Shown: positions 54,732 to 64,000 of the stretch, piece by piece | Position numbering within the stretch: position 1 is the stretch's first letter | Layout of the letters: each line of letters begins with the position of its first letter | Position numbers and translations under genes: made by a program | The notes under the pieces: model-generated | Database searches by the model: none | What the model was told of the DNA's origin: nothing | What the model saw: only the letters and a program-made list of their open reading frames with translations | Assembly (NCBI GenBank): GCA_964019335.1 | Contig: OZ025740.1 | Coordinates: forward strand, 124,001-188,000 | DNA: 64,000 nucleotides | Source of the DNA: Diplonema japonicum | Taxonomy: Eukaryota; Protista; Euglenozoa: Diplonemea | Direction of reading: 5' to 3'

Positions 54732-56525
54732 TCACTGCAGAACAGAACAAGAAGCACCCATGGAGATGGCCTCCCTCAGAGACTCAACAGCTAACCGAAC
54801 AGATTGTGGTGCTTCCACCCCTACCTTCTCCTGTGCATCAAGGATCTCAACCGCCTCATCCCCTTCCCCTATCAAGTACTTCAAACAAGCTGTATTGTAA
54901 AGACTCCACACATCATCAGACACATGGTACAGCCACTCACCTTCATGGTTGCCACTAGCTGCTTGCACAGAACATTCAGTCACCTCAAACACACGAAGTG
55001 GTGCCTCCCTGCCCCTCACAGTAACATCGACAGGGAGAAGCCTCATGTCGTACAAGAACGCCAGCTCCCTCTGAACAGAGCCATCACAGGTCACCTTGTG
55101 CCCCTCGTGCCGACCGAACCTCTCCAGCAGCGACGCCGTCACAGCCACCTGACCCATGATCGCGAACACCTTCAGCTCGTTGTTCCCAACAGGGCCACAG
55201 TGTGCACTCCCGCTGCACAGACCAGAAGACACAGCCAACTCTTTGTTGTTCTTTCCCATCTCCATGAGGGAGTCAGCCGCCCTCCGAGCATGACCCACAC
55301 ACCGCTTCGCAGCATTGAACGAGGAGTGAACATGGTCCCCAACAACGACACCCACAACACCACCGTGTTTCCTGACTGAGAGCAGGACGGCTGTCATGAA
55401 ACTGTCGTAAGTGTGACTCAGAAAAATGGAAGGGCTGTCCTCCAATGCCTTCTGCGACCCAAGCATGTTTGTCACAGTGCTTGTCACCAGCTTCTTGTAA
55501 TTCTCAATCGTTGGAGACTCACATTTATCGATGCTGCTCGCTGTCGTCAGCCGTTTGCTGTTGTGGCTTGAGGGAAGAGAATCGCCGCTCATCTGCCTGA
55601 CTTTCACCCGCTCGTCGCTGCCGGTGCCGGAATGAGTAGAGTTGCCATTATCGTCACTATCATCACTGCCACTGAAATCCTCATTCTCACGGAGAGTCTC
55701 GAAACAGGACTGAGGGAGGTAAGGACGGTAGGTGTGGAGGTTTGCAAGGATGCTGTCGAACGCTGTCTGCAAGGGGGGAGGGAGGGGGGAGTTGGTGAGG
55801 GCTGTCTCCGCTCCCTCCAAGTCGAAGCGGGAAAGACACTCTGCAATCCACTCAGAGGCGGTGATCACGTTCTGCATGGACTTCCGTTCCTTTTGAAGGT
55901 CCGAAGCAAAGCCACGCGTGAAGTAGAAGTCGAGGAGGAAGATCGTAAGTTGGACAGCTAAACCATCGAGGGCGGTTACAAAGGGAACAGGACAAGGAAG
56001 CTGAGCACAGTCACACCAGTCAGCTTTGACCACCTCTTCTTTGTGAACGAAAATGGGATCGATGTCGAAGAGGCCGAAGCGAAGCGACGATTCGATGGAT
56101 GATATGATGAGCCAGATGCTGACCATTGCGATGAGGTTCCTGTTGACACGGACAGGGAGGTCGCACACCAAGGCAATGTCCACTAAAACTACAAAGATCG
56201 GCCACGATCTAGCTGACATTTCAGCTAAGTCCAACCAGTCATGGATGATCATAGAAATTCCAAATAGGTACAGCATGCACTCTGCAACACTATTCCGCAG
56301 TCTTCGCTCGAGAAGAAGCTGAAGCAGAAACCCTAGAGATCCCAGAAAACCAGGGTCACAGACACAGTATAAAAGAGATACCGGGCCTCGTGATGAAATA
56401 TGAGATGAAGCTATACCAAGAAACAAAGACACACTTAGCACCGCCATGGCAAGTAGCACTTTCTTTCTGAAGGCAGTCAGACAGTCATCACCAGGAAGCA
56501 ACACTCTTCGGAGCAAAAAGAACAT
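54732..56525 (-). CDS. Cyclase-like protein, copy 5
   Basis: Start MFFLLRRV, set by paralogy. Confidence 0.82.
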   Translation of the reverse strand: MFFLLRRVLLPGDDCLTAFRKKVLLAMAVLSVSLFLGIASSHISSRGPVSLLYCVCDPGFLGSLGFLLQLLLERRLRNSVAECMLYLFGISMIIHDWLDLAEMSARSWPIFVVLVDIALVCDLPVRVNRNLIAMVSIWLIISSIESSLRFGLFDIDPIFVHKEEVVKADWCDCAQLPCPVPFVTALDGLAVQLTIFLLDFYFTRGFASDLQKERKSMQNVITASEWIAECLSRFDLEGAETALTNSPLPPPLQTAFDSILANLHTYRPYLPQSCFETLRENEDFSGSDDSDDNGNSTHSGTGSDERVKVRQMSGDSLPSSHNSKRLTTASSIDKCESPTIENYKKLVTSTVTNMLGSQKALEDSPSIFLSHTYDSFMTAVLLSVRKHGGVVGVVVGDHVHSSFNAAKRCVGHARRAADSLMEMGKNNKELAVSSGLCSGSAHCGPVGNNELKVFAIMGQVAVTASLLERFGRHEGHKVTCDGSVQRELAFLYDMRLLPVDVTVRGREAPLRVFEVTECSVQAASGNHEGEWLYHVSDDVWSLYNTACLKYLIGEGDEAVEILDAQEKVGVEAPQSVRLAVESLREAISMGASCSVLQ

Positions 56526-56802
56526 TTTTTTTGTTTTTCTTTTGCTGTTGTTGGCGTCACTGTTTTTACCGGTATATACATAAACCGGTGGAATTGAGAG
56601 CATTCTTCCTTCTTTTTTTTTTGATCTTTTTTGCTCTCTTGTTTTGGAAAGTTTTCCGTTCGATTCGCGATAAAAAAAGTTGTCTCGATTTTAGTGGTGT
56701 GTGACACAGTGGCCACCCTTGTGAAACTTCGCCCCGAAGCCTCCCAAGTCCCCTGTGGTCCCGTAGAATGTAAAAGTGGAGAGGTAAAGAAAGCTTGGAA
56801 AT

Positions 56803-56984
56803 ACTCCACCTTGGGAAAAAAAAAAAAAAAGAGACATTTAAAAAAACTTACTGGAAAGCAAGATTGTGTTGCCTACTTGTTATCGAACGCCTTTACTTTA
56901 ATGGCTACCTTCGTCAGAAGCAAAGTCAGAAATGGGTGATGCTGCATCAGGCTTCGTTGTCCATTCCAAGTTGGGATATTTTTC
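56803..56984 (-). repeat. Duplicated 3' end of the 60096 surface-protein gene
   Basis: Matches 60030-60221 with small deletions. Confidence 0.88.
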
Positions 56985-56988
56985 GACG

Positions 56989-58324
56989 ATTGTAAGGACT
57001 CCACACATCATCAGACACATGGTACAGCCACTCACCTTCATGGGTGCCACTAGCTTTCACAGAACTTTCAGTCACCTCAAACACACGAAGTGGTGCCTCC
57101 CTGCCCCTCACAGCAACATCGACAGGGAGAAGCCTCATGTCATACAAGAACGCCAGCTCCCTCTGAACAGAGCCATCACAGGTCACCTTGTGCCCCTCGT
57201 GCCGACCGAACCTCTCCAGCAGCGACGCCGTCACCGCTACCTGACCCATGATCGCGAACACCTTCAGTTCGTTGTTCCCAACAGGGCCACAGTGTGCACT
57301 CCCGCTGCACAGACCAGAAGACACAGCCAACTCTTTGTTGTTCTTTCCCATCTCCATGAGGGAGTCAGCCGCCCTCCGAGCATGACCCACACACCGCTTC
57401 GCAGCATTGAACGAGGAGTGAACATGGTCCCCAACAACGACACCCACAACACCACCGTGTTTCCTGACTGAGAGCAGGACGGCTGTCATGAAACTGTCGT
57501 AAGTGTGACACACAAAAATGGAAGGGCTGTCCTCCAATGCCTTCTGCGACCCAAGCATGTTTGTCACAGTGCTTGTCACCATCAGCTTCTTGTAATTCTC
57601 AATCGTTGGAGACTCACATGTATCGACGCTGCTTGAGTGAAGAGTCTCGTTGCTCACCCGCCCGTCGCTGCCGGTGCCGGAATGGGTAAGACTGCCACCA
57701 CAATCATCACTGCCACTGAAATCCTCACGGAGAGTCTCAAAACAGGACTGAGGGAGGTAAGGACGGTAGGTGTGAAGGTTTGCAAGGATGCTGTCGAACG
57801 CTGTCTGCAAGGGGGGAGGGAGGGGGGAGTTGGTGAGGGCTGTCTCCGCTCCTTCCAAGTCGAAACGGGAAAGACACTCTGCAATCCACTCAGAGGCGGT
57901 GATCACGTTCTGCATGGACTTCCGTTCCTTTTGAAGGTCCGAAGCAAAGCCACGCGTGAAGTAGAAGTCAAGAAAGAAGATCGTAAGTTGGACAGCTAAA
58001 CCATCGAGGGCTCTGACAAAGGGAACAGGACTTCAGCTAAGTCCAAACAGTCATGGATTATTATTGAAATTCCCAATAGGTACATCATGCACTCTATTCC
58101 GCAGTCTTCGCTCGAGAAGAAACAGCAACCCTAGAGATCCCAGAAAACCAGGGTCATAGAAACAGTTTAAAAGAGACACCAGGCCTCGTGAAGGGATATG
58201 AGATAAAGTTAAAACCAGATACAAAGTCACACCTAGAACCGCCGAGCAAAGTAGCACTTTCTTTCTGAGGACAGTCAGAAAGTCATCGTCAGGTAGCAAC
58301 ACTCTTCGAAGCAAAAAAAAACAT
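56989..58324 (-). pseudogene. Cyclase-like copy 6 (pseudogene)
   Basis: Frameshifts, a ~225-bp deletion at 58031 relative to copy 5, and a 3' end replaced at ~56985. Confidence 0.85.
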
Positions 58325-58815
58325 TTTTTGTTTTTTTGTTTTTTTCTTTTTGGCGTCATATGTTTTTACCGCGGTATGTATACATAGACAAATATAAAAT
58401 AAAGAGAGAAAACGGCTTGCAATAAACCATGGGGACGGTGAAATTGAGAGCATTTTTTTTTTTCTTCTTGCGTTCAACTTTTTCTTCTTTTTTCCGCGCG
58501 AGCAGTTTTTTTTCTGTCAGAGAGTGATTTCTTTTTTTTTTTTTTCCTTCTTTTCTTCCTTCTTTTTTTTTGATCTTTTTTGCTCTCTTGTTTTGGAAAG
58601 TTTTCCGTTCGATTCGCGATAAAAAAAGAAGAAGAAAGCTGCAAAGAAGAAAAAACGGAAGTGGGGAAAACGGCGGGTGTTTTCAGAAAAATAGGCAGTC
58701 TTTTATTTTTTCTCCTCCCCCCTTTTTTTTTTCTTCTTCCCCGGTTTCCGACTCCTGGAAACTGGGGGAGGAGGAGGGTTTTTAAGACCTTTAGAAGAAA
58801 GTAAAATAAGGGAGC

Positions 58816-58846
<31 letters not shown>

Positions 58847-58847
58847 G

Positions 58848-59177
58848 AAAATGGGGCTTTGATTGCAACACTAGGTGGCGTTAAGCGTGCAACGAAGCAC
58901 GAAATACCTACTTGATTACAGGGGGCGCTCCTCGGCCGAGCAGTAGCTTCTTCTGCGTTCCGCGTCGTGTCCTTAATGCATGCGGTGTGCTCAACCCTAG
59001 CCGGGGCGTCCCGGGTAACCAAGATTCTGCGCTCGTGCAGTTTGCTGCCTGTTCGTCACCCTGAGCATCTGCGATACGTTCTTCCACTCGGGCGCTACCG
59101 GTGATGACCGACGAGGAGGTCAACAGCGAACAACACATCTGATGTACTTCTTATATTTCCATGTTATCCCCACCACC
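58848..59177 (-). mobile_element. Family A, most complete copy (SINE-like, ribozyme-headed)
   Basis: Homology with the other six copies ends sharply at 59177, which is ribozyme G1. Confidence 0.75.
59040..59177 (-). ncRNA. HDV-like self-cleaving ribozyme (predicted)
   Basis: P1 GGTGGTG/CATCACC, P3 ACC/GGT, L3 TCCTCGTC, P1.1 CC/GG, P4 CGCCC-GAGT/GCTC-A-GGGTG, J4/2 CGAA (catalytic C at 59055), P2 GTTCGCTGTTG/CAGGCAGCAAAC, all in canonical order. Confidence 0.8.
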
Positions 59178-59192
59178 TTAAGAAAGTATAGG

Positions 59193-59915
59193 ACCATAAA
59201 CTTCCAAAGGGGTCATAATCAAATCGGGATTTTTTGAGAAATCTTTTTTTTTTTTTTTTTTTTTTCCGACCAACGTTTTTACGGACACATAATTATTTAT
59301 AGTTGGGTTAAAGGAAGTCCTTGTGAGAACGCCCCCCTTGTTCTCGTCCATTACACTAATAAGCACAAATCCGGTGTGTCAAAAGATTATTTTGGGACGA
59401 ATCTAAAAACAGAGAAGAAGCCCAAGGTACTTTACTATATGGCACGGGGCGTAAAAGTGCAAAACCCCCTCATGGAGGGCCGCCCTTAAAAGAAAATGCA
59501 AGACTTTTGGAAAACTTACAGGCATAGTATGTGAGAACGTTCACATCGGGCACATAATTAAGAATCACCATAAACTTCCAAAGGGGTCATAATCAAATCG
59601 GGATTTTTTGAGAAATCTTTTTTTTTTTTTTTTTTTTTTTCCGACCAACGTTTTTACGGACACATAATTATTTATAGTTGGGTTAAAGGAAGTCCTTGTG
59701 AGAACGCCCCCCTTGTTCTCGTCCATTACACAAATAAGCACAAATCCGGTGTGTCAAAAGATTATTTTGGGACGAACTTAAAAACAGAGAAGAAGCCCAA
59801 GGTACTTTACTATATGGCACGGGGCGTAAAAAAACAGGGCAAACCATGTCTATTTGGAGGAAAAAAAAAAAAAATGCAAGACCTTTGGAAAACTTACGGG
59901 CATAGTATGTGAGAA
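59193..59915. repeat. Tandem duplication (~374-bp unit), each unit with a LINE 3'-end stub
   Basis: 59193-59537 matches 59567-59915; gttaaaggaagtccttgtgagaacgccccccttgttctc in each unit. More stubs near 59921 and 32437. Confidence 0.88.
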
Positions 59916-60095
59916 ATGTTTGAGTTAAAGGAAGTTTTTATGAGACGTTTCCCTTTTCAGTAGCGGTGGCTGCTTTTTTTTCCCCCCCACCGTATTTTCG
60001 TCATTGTCGATGGAAATATTGCTGCGGGTACTCCACCCGGGAAAAAAAGAAAGAAGAAAAAAAAGAAAACTTGCTGGAAAGCAAGATTGTGTTGC

Positions 60096-63000
60096 CTACT
60101 TGTTATCGCTATCGAACGCCTTTACTTTAATGGGCTGCGAGCTACCTTCGTCAGAAGCAAAGTCAGAAATGGGTGATGCTGCATCAGGATTCGTTGTCCC
60201 TTCCAAGTTGGGATATTTTTCAGGGTGTGTGGCGGCTCGGTCTATCTTCGACACTGAAGTGGACTCAGAGGATTCCCGGCGCTTCAGATAGATCACAACA
60301 GCAGCAACACAAGCACCTATAGCTACAACTACACCAACCACGATCCCTGCAATGAGTCCAGCGGATGTGCCACTGCTGCTGCTTGATGAAGGGATGCCAA
60401 CCTGTACCAAGGAAGACCCAGCAGGCAGGACGCTTCCCACCTCTACGCTGGAGTCCATGACAATCTTGGCAGCCTCTGCTTGGGGCTTTTCGGTCTCGAT
60501 GTCGAGTGTCATGTAGTACTCAGTTGTGGTGTTAACGGTCTGCAGGGTGGTGCCTGCTCTGCCTGCCTGCACCGAGCACGACACGCAGGAACCTCCCTGC
60601 ACGCAGATCAACACGCACCTCACGGAGAAGGCTCCTAGCACAGTCTTCACCTTCAACACCAATGCCGCGCTGTGCTGTTGGATGACCTGCACGCTGTTGA
60701 CACCGACGAACGTTAGCAACAACTGCACAACGGAGATCGGTGCGGGGGTGTTCGGAGCGGGTGTTGCAGGGGCAGCTGTACTAGGCACCCCAGTCCGCGG
60801 CGGGTTTGTCACTGGAGCACTAGACGTGCCGGGCGGTGCAGGTGTGCTCGGAACGGTTGTCGTGCCCGGTGGTGCACGTGTGTCGGGAACCGTGGTCGTA
60901 CCCGGCGGCGCAGGCGTTGCAGGGCTATCGGTTTTCGGAGCAGGTGTGTCAGGAGCAACGCTTGCTCCCGGAGGCGCGGGAGTTGCGGGTGCGTTCGTCG
61001 CAGGGCTACCTGTCTTCGGAGCTAGTGTGTCAGGAGCAACGCTTGTACCCGGAGGTAAGGGGGTGCTGGGTGCGCTCGTCGCAGGGCTACCTGTCTTCGG
61101 AGCTAGTGTGTCAGGAGCAACGCTTGTACCCGGAGGTAAGGGGGTGCTGGGTGCGCTCGTCGCAGGGCTGCCCGTCTTCGGAGCAGGTGTTGGGGCGGCG
61201 CACGTCTTTGGGGTCGGGCCGTAGAAGTTCCTCGTGTATTGGCCTAAGGGGCCTTTGTACGCACAGGTGCCGGGACACGATGCAGTGCAGTCCCCATCGC
61301 CGCGGTCGAAGGGGCTTGGGACCCATTCCGAGAGGCGGTTCCAGCACTGCCGCCCATCTTGGCCATTCGTGGTGATGTATTTAGGGCACTTCGTGTTGTC
61401 CCACGCAAGACCGCAAAAACCATCATCGGGACCGAAGACGAGGGCAATGCATTTTGAGGATGCGCTGCACTGTGCAACGCACGACGCGAGGGTGTAGGGG
61501 GAGTCAGCAGTCAACGAGTCCCCGATGATACAGTTGTTCTCGCCCCTGCACGCCCCCGGCTTCCCGAGCTTGCTGAGGAGGTGGTAGTACCCATAAGGGT
61601 TCTCGGTCGTCTGAGAATGTTTCATCGCACCTGAGTAACTACTAGAGAAGCAAACTATCGTGTAGTCAGTCCCATCGGATATGTCGGAACCATCTATGTC
61701 CTTCAGAGCTGTTGCAGAAAAGACAGAATCGGAGATCGAGCCGGTGTGGGTGAGATCAGATGAGATCTTGTTGATGTCGTCCATCGAACCGGGCACGGAG
61801 GTTTTTGATGTGTCGCGTGACACGGCGCACTTCACGCTTGCTCCCTCAAGATGCGTGGCTTGGACAGCGATTGTGATGCCTTGCGGGTTGCCGCCCGTGT
61901 CGGGCCACGTGTCGACTATGGACATCTTCGCATCATGCTTCTGATAGCTGGCCTTACCGTATGTGGAGAAGCAGCTTTCAAAGGCACACCCATTTTGTTT
62001 GTCATGAGACTGTTCAGTGCATGTTGAATACATGCTGCACTTCATCGATCCGTGGTCCAACGTGAAATACTTGCATTTGGCTTCCCCGGTGCACAAAGCA
62101 GCGCAACAGTCGTGGTCGGCGACGTTCTGCGTGGCAACGGGTGCCTCCGAGCACGTTTTGAACCCGAACGGGTGTTCTAGCAAGCTGTACCCGTCGATCA
62201 ACGGTGCCATCCCTTCCCTTGAACACATGAAGGTATCGTAATAACCCGAGCTGCGCAGCGTATCCGAGCCCCCCATCTTGTGGATCAATATACACTTGTG
62301 GAACAGTGTATCAGACTGGTCCTTCTTCATGAACGTGAACCCGATGCACAGGACATCCATGTCGCACATTGTCTTGCAGTAGTCCGGATTGTCGTATGGG
62401 CCCAAAGGGACATCGGGCAGAGAAGGAGGCTGGTTGTAAGCGTTGCCTCTGTCAGTGTATATGCCTCTCTTGTCGGGGTCGAAGAAGACCTTGTTGACGT
62501 GGCGTACCCACCTGTTGCATCGTGGGCGTTCGATCCCGGTGGGGTTGGAACCGGGTTTGGTTGGGCACACGGCAGGGCCGACAATGCGTACGCCGTAATG
62601 GGCCTTTTGAAGGGATTGTGTTTCCATCCAGCACGTTTTCGCTGTGTGCCCGCCTGTCGGAAACGCCCAGTTCCAGTATCGGCACGGCCCTGTGGAACCG
62701 GAATGGTCTCTGCATAGTTGAGCGCATTCTTGTGCGGTACTCACTTTCCCCCATTCGCCGAGAACTATGTCGTCTGGTCCTGGCAGATCGTGGCCCATGG
62801 TGACGCCTCCTTCCGCGCATGGTCCGAACTCTTTCTCGTAATCTGAAATAGGGTGGCGTGGCCCCAACTGTTGCGACTGCGAGTCAAACGGCTTCTCACC
62901 GTGCTCGTTCGCAGCCACGACGATGAGGTAGTGCGGGTTGCATGCGTCGTTCGCCGCCGTTGTTCGGTCCAAACGGTCGTACGATATCTTGCACCTTTTG

Positions 63001-63698
63001 ACATCCTCGGCAGATGTACCCATCGGGATCTCATACGTAATGTCGCAGCCTGTTTTGTTAAGCCTTACTAAAAGCCGGGTGTTGTCTGTGAACTTGAACT
63101 GCTCCCACGAGATGGGGTTCTTAAGGCCGCACGACGGTACCTTCCGGACGGTTTTTGCAAAGCCCCAATACACGTTGTAGTGTGTGATGTCGGTTTCGTC
63201 CACAGCCCGGAGAACTGTCATCTTCCCTCCATAGCGGAACCTGTCTGGGTCCAAATCGACGAAAACGATTCCTTGCGCGTCGTGCTTGGGAGCTTTGTCA
63301 ACAGCGTCGCAGCAGGTGAAGTCGTTGCACGGGAAGTAAGGGCATGATATCGATGAAGCGTCTGATCTAAGTTTCCCTGTTTTGCAAGTATACGTGTTGC
63401 AGATCTCCTCTGCGCAGCACTGTTGGTCCGTGCAGACACCGCCGTACTCATCACCCAGTGCGTAGTTAGCGCAGATGATGCCAGCAGAGTCGTGGCGCAG
63501 GGTTCTCCCGGAGGTGCACGTGTGTGGGGCGACGTCGGCTGGTGGCAGCGATGACGCCATGTAGCTGTATTTCGTTTGCCCGTCGTTGGGCCTTCTGTTG
63601 CAATAATGCCACTTGGGGAAATCGTTCGCGTTCTTCGGTGCCAGCCACGAGTCGCATGCCGACAGTGCTGTGCAGGACACCAGCAATGCAACCGACAT
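60096..63698 (-). CDS. Large type I membrane/surface protein (Cys-rich and PAN/Apple-like modules, Pro/Thr stalk)
   Basis: Signal MSVALLVSCTALSA; repeated C...C.....C..F/W......C modules; 22-aa APKTGSPATSAPSTPLPPGTSV repeats; TM GLIAGIVVGVVVAIGACVAAVVIYL followed by KRR. Confidence 0.88.
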   Translation of the reverse strand: MSVALLVSCTALSACDSWLAPKNANDFPKWHYCNRRPNDGQTKYSYMASSLPPADVAPHTCTSGRTLRHDSAGIICANYALGDEYGGVCTDQQCCAEEICNTYTCKTGKLRSDASSISCPYFPCNDFTCCDAVDKAPKHDAQGIVFVDLDPDRFRYGGKMTVLRAVDETDITHYNVYWGFAKTVRKVPSCGLKNPISWEQFKFTDNTRLLVRLNKTGCDITYEIPMGTSAEDVKRCKISYDRLDRTTAANDACNPHYLIVVAANEHGEKPFDSQSQQLGPRHPISDYEKEFGPCAEGGVTMGHDLPGPDDIVLGEWGKVSTAQECAQLCRDHSGSTGPCRYWNWAFPTGGHTAKTCWMETQSLQKAHYGVRIVGPAVCPTKPGSNPTGIERPRCNRWVRHVNKVFFDPDKRGIYTDRGNAYNQPPSLPDVPLGPYDNPDYCKTMCDMDVLCIGFTFMKKDQSDTLFHKCILIHKMGGSDTLRSSGYYDTFMCSREGMAPLIDGYSLLEHPFGFKTCSEAPVATQNVADHDCCAALCTGEAKCKYFTLDHGSMKCSMYSTCTEQSHDKQNGCAFESCFSTYGKASYQKHDAKMSIVDTWPDTGGNPQGITIAVQATHLEGASVKCAVSRDTSKTSVPGSMDDINKISSDLTHTGSISDSVFSATALKDIDGSDISDGTDYTIVCFSSSYSGAMKHSQTTENPYGYYHLLSKLGKPGACRGENNCIIGDSLTADSPYTLASCVAQCSASSKCIALVFGPDDGFCGLAWDNTKCPKYITTNGQDGRQCWNRLSEWVPSPFDRGDGDCTASCPGTCAYKGPLGQYTRNFYGPTPKTCAAPTPAPKTGSPATSAPSTPLPPGTSVAPDTLAPKTGSPATSAPSTPLPPGTSVAPDTLAPKTGSPATNAPATPAPPGASVAPDTPAPKTDSPATPAPPGTTTVPDTRAPPGTTTVPSTPAPPGTSSAPVTNPPRTGVPSTAAPATPAPNTPAPISVVQLLLTFVGVNSVQVIQQHSAALVLKVKTVLGAFSVRCVLICVQGGSCVSCSVQAGRAGTTLQTVNTTTEYYMTLDIETEKPQAEAAKIVMDSSVEVGSVLPAGSSLVQVGIPSSSSSSGTSAGLIAGIVVGVVVAIGACVAAVVIYLKRRESSESTSVSKIDRAATHPEKYPNLEGTTNPDAASPISDFASDEGSSQPIKVKAFDSDNK

Positions 63699-63796
63699 AT
63701 GGTTACCCCACACAAAAAAGAAGAAAAGAAAAACCTTTTTTTTTTTTAATTCTACAGACTCTTGAATGAAGTACAGAAGCAAAAAAAAAAAAAAAA

Positions 63797-63839
<43 letters not shown>

Positions 63840-63840
63840 G

Positions 63841-64000
63841 AACAAGTAAACAAATTTTTGAAAAGAATTGTTATTGCAAAAAGAGTAGAGGCAGCTTGTC
63901 CGTTTATCCCTACTGTAGGTGAAAACGGCTTGCACAAACAAAAATGGCTTGCGCAGACATCGACCCGTCGGAGTTGTCGGTTATACTATACCCGGAGGGG
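63841..64000 (+). mobile_element. 5' leader and ORF start of a second, diverged YR-type element (runs off the window)
   Basis: ttgttattgcaaaaagagtag..ttatcc..aggt..cggcttgcacaaacaaaaATG (63944) mirrors the reverse complement of 19394-19510. Confidence 0.55.

Noticed and set aside
104-63769. Many + strand ORFs in the track (e.g. 1208-1918, 9725-10540, 42876-43451, 60526-61224)
   Set aside because: Antisense shadows of GC-rich - strand CDSs; no independent motifs.
1-64000. Spliced-leader RNA gene
   Set aside because: No SL exon core (TTTCTGTACTTTATTG-like) noticed on either strand.

Overview
Eukaryotic nuclear DNA, most consistent with a euglenozoan (diplonemid-like) genome. That assignment is an inference from three things: all ~25 credible genes lie on the - strand over 64 kb, introns are few, tiny and mostly start GTATG, and an embedded 18S fragment carries GCTTGTTTCAAGG. 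Genes include tandem ABCG transporters, Ub-like+LRR/ankyrin proteins, a cyclic-nucleotide-gated K+ channel, DUF4326, a spliced HPS1-like gene, START, F-box, DnaJ, an RsuA-type pseudouridine synthase, a six-copy array of degenerate adenylate-cyclase-like membrane proteins and a large PAN/Pro-Thr surface protein. A 3-exon small membrane-protein gene missed by the ORF track is also present. Intergenic DNA is rich in mobile-element debris: a non-LTR retrotransposon, a tyrosine-recombinase element, hAT and piggyBac derivatives, and a Josephin-like protease relic. The most notable signal is a dispersed ~300-bp repeat family (7 copies, all co-oriented with the genes). Its intact copy (59040-59177, - strand) folds by eye into a complete HDV-like self-cleaving ribozyme. 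Two copies end in the 3' terminus of the local LINE, and one has captured 66 nt of the 18S rRNA 5' end. All calls are by eye; no searches or folding programs were run.
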